Assembly (NCBI RefSeq): GCF_009914755.1
Contig: NC_060937.1
Direction: 5' to 3' (one strand)
DNA: 64,000 nucleotides
DNA from: the human T2T-CHM13v2.0 reference genome, Homo sapiens
Below the pieces are notes generated by a model that was not told the DNA's origin, made no database searches, and saw only the letters and a program-made list of their open reading frames with translations. The translations under genes and the position numbers were made by a program. Shown piece by piece: positions 1 to 13,611 of this stretch. Positions within the stretch are counted from its first letter, which is position 1; every line of letters starts with the position of its first letter.

Positions 1-621
1 TCTGTATCCATAATTTAAAGGTGTTCTATGCCTCTCTTCTAAATTCTCCTTCTATTAAATATAATCATTGCAGATTTTGACAATAGTATCCACTAATTGC
101 CATTATAATACAATAAAGAAGATAAGTGCTTCCATTCCCCATGCTATGCCAAAGCCCTTTGCAGGACCTAGGGAAAAATAAAAGTTACTCTCCTTCAGAC
201 ACATTATTTACTTTTCGTCAACCTCTAAAATTCTCCATGAGAACACCTGGGCACTGCATCTGATTTTGCAGTGTTCCTTTTCTTTTCCAAACCTTTTCAA
301 GCAATTAATTTGAAAGCTCCCAGAAAAGAGGAAAGCTTCTTTTTTTAAAAAAAAAATATAAACCATGAAGAATAACTGGTTTCCTGGTCATCATTTTCAT
401 TCCCATTACAAATCCATCAGATTCATTTTACACTCTGATTCCCTAGTGGCCTTTCATCCTGTTTATCAATGTTTTCCAATCCTTAGATCATAGGAATATC
501 ACATATACTTATGAGTAATAGAGATTTTCAGGCCCATCCTCACAGTGGCTTAATTATAGTTCCGTATGTTTTTGCACACATTTTAGTGTATAATTTTATT
601 AGAAATATTTTACTACTAAAG

Positions 622-910
622 CAATGATGTTTTTTAAAATGTTTTTGTAAACCAATTCTCCAAGAGGAAGGAAAGGAGAAGAAGAAGGAATTGAAAAAAA
701 AGAAAGAAAAAAGGAAGGAAGGAAGGAGGCGGGTTGGGAGGGAGGGAGGGAAACCTTGATTTGTAGTATTTGCCAATTTCCATGATGTAAATACTCTCAT
801 CATGGCCAATATCCAGCCTAATAAGTTACTGTCCTTGGAGACAGTGTTGGGAAGAGATGCACACAATAAGATCTTGTGAACTGGTGGGAACCAGCTCCAA
901 CATATCACTG
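622..910. mobile_element. MER63-like hAT-Blackjack DNA transposon with an internal purine-rich expansion
   Basis: ccttgatttgtagtatttgccaatttccatgatgtaaatactc...gttgggaagagatgcacac...ccagctccaacatatcactg resembles MER63A; the terminus is TIR-like (...cactg). Confidence 0.7.
663..751 (+). repeat. GA-rich low-complexity tract, (GGAA)n/(GGGA)n
   Basis: Near-pure purine run ending gggttgggagggagggaggg. Confidence 0.9.
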
Positions 911-1119
911 TACCTTGGGGATTCCACTTCTACTAAATTGCTTGTAAGTTTCCTACTCATATGTATTATTTACTGCTAGTACCTGTGCTTTAGTTGCTCC
1001 CTCTCTCTGATATACAGAACTTTATTTTCTGTCTGCCTGATCAATTAATTTCTCCTGGAGATACTCACAATCCATCCGGGAAGCTATTGTTCAAGTGACA
1101 GCCTCAGATTTTTGTAGTT

Positions 1120-1300
1120 AGGGATAAATGTTTCTTTCATAGCACTTACCACATTATATTGCAAATATCTGTTTAAATGTCTATTTTAATCTTAAACTGA
1201 GTCACCAAGAATTATATTTCATTCATCTTACATTTTACCAGAGCATAGAAAAATGTGGGACCTAAATGTTTATATGTGAAACTCATAATTTATGATAATG
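1120..1300 (+). mobile_element. L2 3' end fragment
   Basis: tttcatagcacttaccacattatattgcaaatatctgttt...aaatgtttat is L2 tail-like. Confidence 0.45.
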
Positions 1301-1554
1301 AATTAATGTAATACTGAGCCAGCAATTTCAATATTGATTTAAAATTGCAAGATCTGATATATATGAAAGAGAAGTTGCAGTAGGGAGGTGATAAGGTGAT
1401 TAATGGATTTTAAAAGGATGAATAATTGAAAAAATATAGAGACAGAACTAAAAGAAATATAAGCAATGTCTTGTTCATAGTGTCAACTGGTGAATTTCCA
1501 ATGTAGAAAAATCACTGGATAGTTTTATGAACAGTATAATTGTATTTTCCACAA

Positions 1555-2075
1555 TTAAAACATTTATTAATACAGTTGTACATATTTATGGGGTACGTGT
1601 GACACAAGCATACAATGTATAATGATCAAATCTGATAACTGAACTAACCATCAGTTCAAACACTTATCATTTCTTTGTGTTGGCAATATTCCAAACCTAT
1701 TATTCCAGTTATTTTGAAATTTACAATAAATGATTGTTAACTATAGATGCGCTATTGTGTTACCAAACACTAGATCTTATTATTGCTATGCAAATGTATT
1801 TTTCTACCAATTAATGAAACCCACTTTACCCTTCCAACCCTCTGGTAACCATCATGCTATTCACTGCCTCCATGAGATCAATTTCTTTTTTTAGTTCCCA
1901 CATATGAGAAGATGCAACACTTGTCTTTCTGTGCCTGGTTTATTACACTTAACATAATATCCTCCAGTTCCATCCATGTTATTGCAAATGACAGAATTTC
2001 ATTCATTTTGATGGCAAAATAATATTCCATCGTGTATACACACCACATTTTCTTGATCCATTTACTTATGTGAAT
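1555..2075 (-). mobile_element. L1MA-type 3' end fragment
   Basis: gttgtacatatttatggggtac...tctttctgtgcctggtttatt...ccagttccatccatgttattgcaaatgacagaatttcattc; the ORF 1878-2150 peptide (WIKKMWCVYTMEYY...ITWMELEDIMLS) matches the L1 ORF2 C-terminus. Confidence 0.9.
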
Positions 2076-3044
2076 ATGTGAATATGAGCTAGAACTCATA
2101 TCCCATATCTGCAATAAACATGAGAGGCCAGATAGTTCTTCAATATGCAAATTTTAATATCCCTTTATTTGGGATATTGTGTGATTATATTTTAATCTTG
2201 CTAACCACTTTTATAATTATACCAGTCAAGAATAATGAGGTAATACAATTTTAAGTTTTAAAGCATAAGCCTGAGATCAGGGAGATATTAATCCCATGTG
2301 ATTTTACTCAAAGCCAGAACAAATAGCCAATACTAAAATCTAAATGTGAAACAGTACAAAAACTATCAGAAAAATATCATTATTGCATACATTTTATAGT
2401 AAAATCCCTTCAGTGTCCGTTTTTTAGCTTGTGTTTCATTTTAACTTAAATGCCTATATTTTCCTATGTAATATTTTAAATGTTTCTTGTCTTTAAATTC
2501 AACCTTTAGAATAGAAAAGTTACTTAATAGAAGCTTATCTTTGATACATTTAGAAAGAAGCTTTAAAATTAACTTCTGCTCAATATAGTGTTCACCTCTA
2601 GGAGCAACTTCATAAAGCAACAGCCTGAGCATTGCCAAATCACAGGAGCAATGAATAGAGTTATCCGGGCCATTCACAATGAGAAATGTGATGGAAGAAC
2701 TGAGGAATGAAGCACATTTAAAACATACTTTCAACTTTCAGGAGACATCAACACAGAGAAAAAGTTCAGAATAAACTGGGTGGATATGAGAAGGTATCTT
2801 TTGAGAACATAAATACGTTTTACTTTCCGTTAATCCTTTCTGCCTTAATTTTTGTGGTTCATAAAGTGAACTATTATGTTCAGAGTTTGTAAAATGAGTG
2901 ATCTGAAAAGAAACTTAAAGAATTCTCACTCAAACCCCAAGTTTATGGTAGATCCAGTGTAAAATCCATGTTTCCTTCAACTAATCTGATTTTCTATTCA
3001 TTATCTTATATTGTTTCACTGCTTATCATCAGTTAGGAATTTTT

Positions 3045-3140
3045 TCAAAAATTACAATCTTCCACTAATTAGTTTTGTGATGTGATCAAGTCACTTTATC
3101 TCTCAAAGTCTTCTTGTTAACATCTGCAAAATGAGGAAAC
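3045..3140 (+). mobile_element. MIR core fragment
   Basis: tccactaattagttttgtgatgtgatcaagtcactttatctctc...catctgcaaaatgagga. Confidence 0.6.
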
Positions 3141-3374
3141 ATGCCTTCCAGCTATCACATTGTCTATTTTTATGTCCCCCTCATTATTAATTACCAAAAA
3201 AATGAGAAAATGATTTTAATGTAAAGCATTCAGGAGCACATAAAACACAGAAATGGAACATTGTGATTGTCTTTCGGTCTCTGGTGGATTGCAAATTCCT
3301 AAGTAAAATATTAGAAATATTTTCTGAATAACTTAGGAATTTCCCTTCTGCAGGTCAGGCCACTGGGTGGCATA

Positions 3375-3790
3375 TTGTGGTCAACTGAATGACTGTTCCC
3401 CAAATCTGTTTTCTTTTCCTGCAGGACACACAGCTAGAACTCACATCCTAGCCTCTTTTGAATATAGGTATGACTACAAACAAATAGAATATGTCACATT
3501 TTGTGTGATATCAGACCTGCCCAGTATGATTCTTCATGCTTTTTTCTATGATGCACAGACAGGGCTCCAATCTATAGGGCAGCAGGGTCATGAAAGACAA
3601 AGGAACTAAAACAATAACATGGAAAGATAACCACAAGTAGAAACACAGGCTTATAAAATAGTAATTTTGAGGAACACAGGCTTACAAAACAGTAGTTTTG
3701 TAGGCTTTCAAATAAACAAGGAACAAACACCTATTACACCTATTTTGTTGGAATACTGAGATTTCTGGGTTAGTCTGTGAAAGAGGTGAC
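3375..3790 (+). mobile_element. Old MLT1-type MaLR LTR (degraded)
   Basis: ggacacacagctagaactcacatcctagcctctttt...ctgagatttctgggttagtctgtga resemble MLT1J/K-type motifs. Confidence 0.45.
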
Positions 3791-4432
3791 CATTGAGGAC
3801 ACAGTCTTATTTATTACTGTACTTTAGGTTTTTTAATATTCTATGCTTCAGATATTCTCATTTGTTAAATTGTATGTCTGTAATGAGTACATAAACAGTC
3901 TGTGTTAAAATGTCACCAAAGGCAAAATTTCTATTTCTATGTATCAGTAATTACATTTAATTTTAAATTAATATTGCTGAAAAATTTGTCAATTTAATTG
4001 AAATTCTTTTTCAAGTTGTCAAATAACTTAGCCATTTTAATTAATTACAATTTGCTTTTCTTTAGGAAAATTATGGTTTTTTTCCTTAAAAATTGTCATT
4101 CACATCCTGAGAGGGTCAGTGATCCCTGAAGGTAGACTTGGAGGAGCTTATTTCTTAATTTCAAATAGATTAAAATATGAACACTCTTAAAGAAGTTTAA
4201 AAAACTTATTTCCCATATGACATTCACATCTAGAAATGATTAACATATGTAGTTGTGATAATATTCTATTTATTGAGTTTTCTATTACTTATAAAATAGA
4301 CATATATTGCAAGTGACAATGTAAACTTTTTACCAAATATTTTTAATAAATAACAATATCGTTTTTCTATATATTTGTATAATTTGAGCAAGCAAGCAAG
4401 CAAGAAAGAAAGCCAAAAAAGGAAGGAAAGTG

Positions 4433-4763
4433 GGCTGGGCACGGTGGCTCACACCTGTAATACCAGCAATACCAGCACTTTGGGAGACCAAGGCTGGTGA
4501 ATTACCTGAGGTCAAGAGTACGCAACCAGCCTGTCCAGCATGGTGAATACAATAAATAAATTGTATTTATTTTCTACTAAAAATACAAAAATTAGCCAGG
4601 TGTGATGGTGCATGCCTGTAGTCCTAGCTACTCAGGGGGCTGAGGCAGGACAATCGCTTGAACCCAGGAGGCGGAGGTTGCAGTAAGCCAAGACCGCACC
4701 ACTGCATTCCATCCTGAGCAACAGAGCGAGATTCTGTCTCAAAAAATAAAAATAAAAAAAAAA
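4433..4763 (+). mobile_element. AluS, full length, with an internal replacement in the left arm
   Basis: ggctgggcacggtggctcacacctgtaat...ctgtctcaaaaaataaaaataaaa; TSD aaaaaaggaaggaaag on both sides. Confidence 0.95.
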
Positions 4764-6098
4764 GGAAGGAAAGAAAGTGTATAGAAAACCTAGCCAAAGA
4801 CCAAAAGATATTGACTATAATAAAAATTTCTAAAATTCATATGAATAATGAGTGGATTAAATACCAACTCTACAAATCAGTAATATTTCCTATATTAAAA
4901 TATTAATTTGCCAGAGACTAGCAAACTTAAATAAGCCATGGAGCAACTAATAACATTTAAGGAGCAGTTTAAATAGCAGTTAGCAAACTTAGAATAGTGA
5001 GAAAAAGAAATTATAATGATAGTATAGACACCTTTGAATTGTATACATATATATTATATATAATATATAAATATATAAGAAAGTAAAGTAGGAGAACATT
5101 CAGAATAGCATTGATACGAGGTTGGCAGGCCCTTTTCCAAGCTGAGCAACCATTTACTGATAAACATTTTATTAAAATAACCATTCGAAATTTATGTGAA
5201 GTGTCCTAATAACATACAGGAAATGGATAAAAATGTATTTAAGAAGGTGTAATAAATATTGAGAAGGGCAGTGTGAATCTATAGTATTTGAGCAATCACC
5301 CAGTCCCATTTCCCCCACTAGATGAGTATAAAAGAAACTCTACTTTGTGTAGATCCTGTCAAGAAAGTAAGGTTTCTCTTCCTCTAGCTTTCGGTCTACG
5401 GGTACAGTTTCACCCCACGCAGGGAAGATCAGAGGTGATCATCCTCCTCAGTTTGATGTTGCAAAAGATACCAAGAAGGTACATATGAGAAGACTTGCCT
5501 TGCCTTCTCTCTATCTAGTCCCCAGTGTAAGTGAGGCAGACAACCCCAGGTTGTTCTTAGTCCAGCCAAGTTCTGAAACAAATAAACAATCAAAAATACA
5601 TATAACACTACCACCACCAAGATCTGGAGCATGGAGTAGGACTAAGTGTCCAGAGTTGCTACAATATATTATCCAACTCATGATATTGATATCCAATAGA
5701 GTGAAGGATATCAATATCATGAGTTGCTAAAATACATAATAAAAAGTGTCTCTTTTTCAATAAAAATACATGAGACATGCAAAGAAACAAGATAGTGTTG
5801 CCCATAGACAGGAATCAAAGAGCAGACAATATTGTTTGCATTTGAGGTAACCTAAATGTTGGCTTTAGAGACCAAAACTACAAAGTAGTAACTATATATA
5901 TGTTTAAAAAATCTGGAGAAAACTATGTTTCAAAAACTAAAGAAAGGCATAATGACAATTTCTCATCAAATAGAAAATAATAAAGAGATGAAAAATTATT
6001 GAAAAAACGGAAATTCTGGAGTTAGAAAGTATAATAATTGAGGCGAAATACACTACAGTTGCTCAACAGAAGACTTGAAATGGCAGAAGAAAGTATTT

Positions 6099-6645
6099 TG
6101 TGAAGCAGATTCACCATGGACTTGTTACCCACTTATTTGAGTGAGACAGAACACGCTCAAATACAAAGTTATATGAAATAGATTCATTACTTACAGATAT
6201 GCAGCAAGGGACAAAGAAGCCTAAGATCCACTGTGAGTTGGTCCCTCAAGTATCAAGACGGCTTCCCAGGGTAGATAGAATGTTGATTCACATGCTCCAC
6301 TTGGATCACAGCCAAGGGACCCCAAAAGGCATCCCACCTGCGGTTGTATATATATCCCATTGGCCATGAAACTCACTGGGAAAAGTTTTGAAGAACATCT
6401 TGGCTTCCAGAGGAAAGAGGAACAAAGCCGCCGGTGTCCCTGTAGTTCCTATCTATCTCAAAATGTTATGTTCTCCAGGAGGGAACAGGAACAAGGCCCA
6501 GGCTGTTTCAAACAGTTCCTCCCTGTCTCAGGGTATTGCATTCCCAGCACATTCTATGGTTATTTTGTAGAATTGTAAGCAAGGAGGAGACAGGGGTTAG
6601 GAGAAAATTAGGTCAGTCCAAGGCCACCCAGAGAACTGTCCTGCA
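6099..6645 (-). mobile_element. Solo ERVL-class LTR (MER54/MER73/MER74/LTR53 group) inserted in L1 ORF1
   Basis: Minus strand starts tgcaggacagttctctgggtggccttggactgacc and ends ...cttcaca (TG...CA); the L1 sequence resumes across it (gaagaaag|ataaacttgaagata). Confidence 0.8.
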
Positions 6646-9630
6646 AATTAATAAACTTGAAGATATCAATAGTGATCACATATTAAAGAACAAAGAGAAA
6701 AATGAATAAGGAAAAATAAACACAGCCTCAAAGAAATGTAAGAAACCATTAGGACATTAACATACTTGTAATGGGAGTGTAAGAAGGACTGAAGAGAGAA
6801 AAGAATCAGACAAAAATACTTTAAAGCATAATGGCTGAATTCTTTTCAAAATGGATGAAAAAGATTAAACTACACATGTCAGATGCTCAATTAACTTTAA
6901 GTAGAATAAAATCAAAGAGACACATTCAGACACATCATGATAAATATATTGCTAAGCTAAAAAACAAAGAGAAAATATTGAAAGCAGCAAAGGAAAACAA
7001 CTCATCGCTTACAATGAACCCACAATAAGATTAACAGCTGATCTCTCATTACAAACAATAATGTCAAGAAGTCAAGAATCCTATATCCAGGAGAAGTATG
7101 TTGCAAAAATGAAGGTGAAGTAAACACATTTCCAAAAGCAAAAACTAAGAGAATTCATTGCTAGAAGACCCACCTTATAAAAAATCCTGAAGGAAGTTCT
7201 TTGAGCAGAATGCATGAAAACACTGGTAAAAGTTCAAACCTACATCAAATAAAACAAAGAACACAAGCAAAAGTATTTACAGGGAATTATATATGTATAT
7301 TATATGTAATTATACAAGGTTGTATAAATGAATATTACTTTGCCTTCTTTATCTTTATTTAAGATACAATTTATAAAACAATGTGTACATTAGTATAGTG
7401 TTTGGCCTATAACATGCAGGAATGTAACATATTTAGTGCTAAGAGCTCAAAGGAAGCATGCAGAAATAAAGCTGTTTTGGAGTAAGGAAATGATACCAGA
7501 TGGTAACTAAATCCTCAGGAAGAAAGGAAAAGATACAGAAATGGAAAATTATAAGTTTAATGTAACAGACACTATAAATATATACTTGCTCTCCTTTCTT
7601 CTCTAAGCTTCTTTAAAAGACATCAAATTATAAAACTGATATCTAAAACAATGTATTATAGGGTTTATAACACACATAAATGGACTATGTGTAACAATAA
7701 TAGCACAAAAAGAAGAAAGTAGAACTATGCAGGAGTAACATTTTTATAATCTCATTAGATTTAGTATAAATCTGAAGTAAATTCTGATAAATTAAGACAA
7801 TAGGGTAAGTCCTATGGCAACCACTAAAGATATAATGCAACAGAAAGAAAACATACTAAAATAATTAAAATGTTACATTAGAAAACATTTAGTTAATGCA
7901 AGAGAAAGTGATAAAGGAGGACTAGAGGAACAAATAAGATATGAGACAATTAAAACACAAAAAGACAATGGTAGAGTTAAATCTATACTAATAATAAAAT
8001 TAAATGTGATTGGATTAAGTAAGTTGATTAAAAACAAAAATGATCAGACTGGATTAAAAAAAAACAAAACTCAACTATATGCTTTCTCTGGGTTGTAGGT
8101 GTCAGATGAAAAAAGGCAGATCGGAAGTAAAAGGATAAAAAACAAACAAAAAAGATAGATCATGCAAATAGCAGTCACAAGAAAACTGAAGTAGCTATAC
8201 TAATGTTAGACAAAATAGACTTTAAAACCAAAAATGTTAAGAGAAATAATTAGTGGCATTGTATAATAAAATATAAATCCATCAGAAAGACATAAAAAGC
8301 ATAAATATAAATACACCAAAAAAGAGAGGCTTAAAATATGTAACAAAAATACTTGGAGGAAATAAAGGGGAAAGAAATGAACAATTCAGTTATACTAGTG
8401 GAGACATCCAATGCCTCACTTTTAATAATGCCTAGAACAACTAGGGAGAAGAGAAACAAGGGAATAGAATCCTTGAGGAACACTGTAAAACCAGACCTAA
8501 CAAACATCCACAGAACATTCTACCTCAAGAAAGCTAAATGTATTGTCATCGGAAATGCACATGAAATATTCTCTGATGGACAATATTCTAGACCATAATT
8601 GAACCTCAATAAATTTGAAAGAATTGTACTTTGTATGCAATGAAATTAGAAATCAGTAGCAGAAAGAAATTTGGACAAATATATAGAAATTAAATAAACA
8701 TACTTCTTTGACCACTGGGTCAAAGAAGAAATCAAAGAGAAAAGAGAAATTATTTTGAGCTGAATTGAAATGAAAATATAACATGAGCAAAATTCATGAG
8801 ATGCAGTTAAATCCGCAGTTAGAGGAAAATTTATAGCTGTAAATACCTCAGTTGAAAAAGAAGATAGATGTCCAATCATTATCATAGTCTTGCACCTTGA
8901 GACACAGGGGAAAAAAAACAGCAATAAAAACTTAAAACAAGTTAAAAAATGAAAATAATAAAGATTACAAAAGAAACAAATGAAATGGAGAATAAAAGAA
9001 CAATCAAGAAAATTAATGAAACCAAAATCTGCTTCTTTGAAAAGTTCAAGAAAATTGACAATTTTTTACTAAATTAGAAAATTTAAAAGGACTTTAATAC
9101 TACTGAAATTAGAAATTACAGAGAGAGCATTATTATTGACCTTACAAGACAAAAAGAAAGAATTAAAAAGGAGTACTATTAAGAAAAAAACATATGCTAA
9201 TAAATTAAGTAACTTTGTAAGTAAATAAATTCCTAGGAAGGCATAAGCTACTAAAAATGACTCAATAACAATGAGATAATTCAAACAGATTTATTACATA
9301 TTAGCAGAATGAATGACACAAAAACATAATCATCTCAATAGTTACAGAAAAAACCATCTTACAATTTAATAGTTGATTATGATAAAAATATTTTTTTCAG
9401 AAAGAAATAGAAGGAAATTCCTTAACATGATAAACAGTCATCTACCAAAAAAAAAACCCAGCAAAATACTTAATGAAAGAGTGACAGCTTTCATCAAAGA
9501 TATCTATTTTCAGAAAACATTCTATCTATACAGAAAACCTGATAGAATATACAAAAATGCTACTAGAATCAATAAGAGAATTTATAAAGTATGCAGGATG
9601 CAAGAACAGTATATAAAAATCCATGGTATT

Positions 9631-9900
9631 TACTTTACAAATTATTTTACTGGTTCTAGTAGCTTTTTAAATTTGTTCCAGGAATATAGTAGATAATAGT
9701 GTCTTGTACATTTCAAAATTGTTTAGATTTTAAATGTTCCTATTATTAAAAAGACAAGAATTTGAGGTGATAAATATGTTAATTACTTTGACTTAATTAT
9801 TTTGCATTGTAATTATAAATTATTACATCCCCAAATACCACATAAATGTATACAACTATAATTTGTCCATCTATAATTGAAAATAATATAAAATAAATAA
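9631..9900 (+). mobile_element. Short L1MA 3' end inserted in the older L1, with an inverted 5' piece
   Basis: gattttaaatgttcc...tgaggtgataaatatgttaattactttgacttaatt...A-rich tail; flanked by aaatccatggtatt / aaatcagtggtatt (degenerate TSD). Confidence 0.75.
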
Positions 9901-11294
9901 ATCAGTGGTATTGCTATACACTAAAAATGAATGATCCAAAAGTAAAATGAAGAAAACAATTCATTTGCAGTAGCATCAAATGAATAACCTACTTAAGAAT
10001 AAATTTAACAAAAAAAGCACAAAACTTATACACTGAAAACTGCAAAATATAGTTGAAGAAAATTAATATCTAAATAAATTAGGCAAATAATCCAATTTTA
10101 ATGGACCAGAAGACTTAATTTTGTTAAGAAAGCAATACTTTCCATATTGATGCACACATTTCACAAATTACAGAAACTCCCAAACTGACCTTAAAATTAA
10201 TTTAGAATTTCAAAGAAAGCTATTTATCAAAAAAAATCTTGAAAAAATGAAAGAGTTTGAGGACTCACACTTTTCATTTTCAAGCTTACTAAAAATCTAC
10301 ACTAATCAACAGAGTGTTGCACTCATATGGATGTGTATATGGGCACAATGAATCAAGACAGTGTTGCACTCATTATATGAGTGTATATATATATATATAA
10401 TATGTATATAACCTGTATATATATATAGGCTAGGAATGAGAGTCCAAATACTTTACAAGTGATTTTTATAAGAATGCTAATGCTAACAAATGTTATTGAG
10501 ACAACATGATACATCCATACCAAAAATGCAATTAGACTCCTTTCTGACACCATAACCTAAAATTAATACAAAAATAGATCATAGACATAGTTTTAATATT
10601 TAAAAATATGAAATTTCTAGAAGAAAACATAAGAATAAATCTTTGTAACCTTGGATTGGGCAATGCTTCATTAATACTATATGAAAAAAATATGCAAAAG
10701 AAAATTACAAATAAATTGTACTTCACCAAAAGTAAACACTTTCGTGCTGTAATCTATACCCATGAGAAACTAAAATCTCAACCTACAAAGTGAAATAAAA
10801 TATTTGCAAATCATAAGCCTGCAAAAAGACTTATATGCAGAATATATAATGAACTTTACAACTCAATAATCAAAAGATCTAAAAACTCAACACAAAATGG
10901 GCAAAACGTACAAATAGATGTTCCTCAAAAAAGTATGCAAATGGCCAATAAGCTCATGAAAAGATGCTCAACATCATTAGCTGTTAGAGAAATGCAGATA
11001 AAAACAAGACTCTACTTCATAACCACTAGGTTAGTATAATCAAAAAGACAGACACTACAGACACTAACTAGTGTTGGTTAAGATGTGAAGAAATTGGGAT
11101 CATTGTGCATTACTGCTGTGATTATGAAATGGTATAGCAGCCTTGGAAAATAGTTGTGTAGTTCCTTAAATTGTTAAACATAGAATTATCAAATACAACT
11201 AACAATTCCACTGCTATGTATATCTCCAAAAAAATAAAAACACATTGCTAGAGAAACATTTTCATGCAAATCTTTAAAAAAAAAAAAAAAGCAC

Positions 11295-11815
11295 TATGGT
11301 ATAATAAAGACCTTTAGTCTTTGTCCAGGCTTCTGGTACAGAACACCTGGAGCCATTGAAATTTTCTGATCGATAAGGGTGATAGAAGAATCATTTCTTG
11401 TAATGAGGTGACTCTTGGAAGGCTCGCTCTTAGATACTTGCAGAATGGGGGCTGGTCTCCAGAAAGACCTAGACTTCATTACAAGCTTGACATTTTCAGC
11501 CCCACTCCCTTAACTTCTGGGAATGGGAAACAGGCTGGAGATTGAGCTCCAGCAATCCAGCAATGGCCAATGATTTAGTCAATCATGTCTACTTAATGAA
11601 ACGTCCATAAAACTGCTAAGCTATTCAGGGAGCTTCTGAGTTGAAGAACATACCACATTTCAGGAGTGTGGCACACTGAGATACTATGGGACCGATGTTT
11701 CTCTTTGGAACCCTTATAGACCTCACCCTGTGTACCTCTTTACCTGTGTGTTCATTTGTATCCCTTGCAATAAACCAGTAACAGTAACTAAAGTGCCTTC
11801 CTGAGTTTTATGCTA
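11295..11815 (+). mobile_element. MER21-type LTR (partial)
   Basis: aatgaggtgactcttgg...gaatgggggctggtctccagaaagacc...ttttcagccccactccc...ggctggagattgag...caatgatttagtcaatcatg. Confidence 0.8.
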
Positions 11816-11819
11816 ATTG

Positions 11820-12030
11820 GACTATGTGGTCTCCAAAGTTGCCACAGTAAGAAAAGAGAATGATGAAGGAGGCAGATCTTCATCTTGACTCTCTCAGAGA
11901 ATAAGAAACACATGTCACTTTATTGTGGTCCATTGGCCAGAATTAGGCAAATGATCTCAATCTCATCACATGGGAAGGTAAGAAATCTGAGAACCACATG
12001 AAGTAACTGTTAAGAACTCTCTCTACCACA
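11820..12030 (-). mobile_element. Old MLT1 fragment
   Basis: tcactttattgtggtccattggccagaattaggcaaatg motif of old MLT1 LTRs. Confidence 0.45.
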
Positions 12031-12456
12031 ATGAATGTATTTGAAAATTGTATATTTTCTATATGTTAGGATTTTTCTCACAAAGAAACAGTATTTTTTT
12101 TAATTTCAAGCATCCATGAACTCTTTGTATCAAAAGGTAGAAAGACTGACACTATGATTTGCTTTGACCAACAAAATGCTGGTGAAATGTTTTGTGCTGG
12201 TTCTCAACATAAGCCTCAAGGAGTTTTGAATGCTTCTACTGGTTCTTGAAAACTCACCAGTGCTATGTGGAAACCTTGGGCTAAACAAATAAATAAAGAG
12301 TGACACATGTCATTCCTGGTTAGGATCTCACATCAAGCTAAGCACTAAACACATGGGTGAAGACTCTCTAGATGAGCCAAAGTCCACATAACTGTCAGGT
12401 TATGGCAGACTCAGGTGCCAGCCCATTCCAGATCAAGATGAACCTGGCCTCAATCC

Positions 12457-13492
<1,036 letters not shown>

Positions 13493-13611
13493 AAGAGCAG
13501 CAGAGCTACTCATATGACTGACTCTACACCCATGAGCAATAATAACTGGTGGTTGTTCTTTAACCAACAAATTTTGGACTTTGCACAGAATAAAAGCTAA
13601 CAGATAAATTC

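Larger units (their letters stand above)
5105..11280 (+). mobile_element. Long old L1M (L1MC/L1MD-type) with 5' region, ORF1, inter-ORF region and internally deleted ORF2; interrupted by younger inserts
   Basis: ORF1 remnant 6831-7028 (KNKEKILKAAKEN); endonuclease-region DNA (gtagctatactaatgttagacaaaatagactttaaa); 3' ORF2 DNA (atggccaataagctcatgaaaagatgctcaacatcattag); many stops and frameshifts. Confidence 0.85.

Noticed and set aside
540-908. 122-aa ORF
   Set aside because: Crosses MER63 and a low-complexity purine tract; the F/S-rich translation is an artefact
10300-10430. Local direct duplications (also ~35089-35118, ~42077-42140, ~53510-53545)
   Set aside because: Ordinary slippage duplications inside decayed repeats
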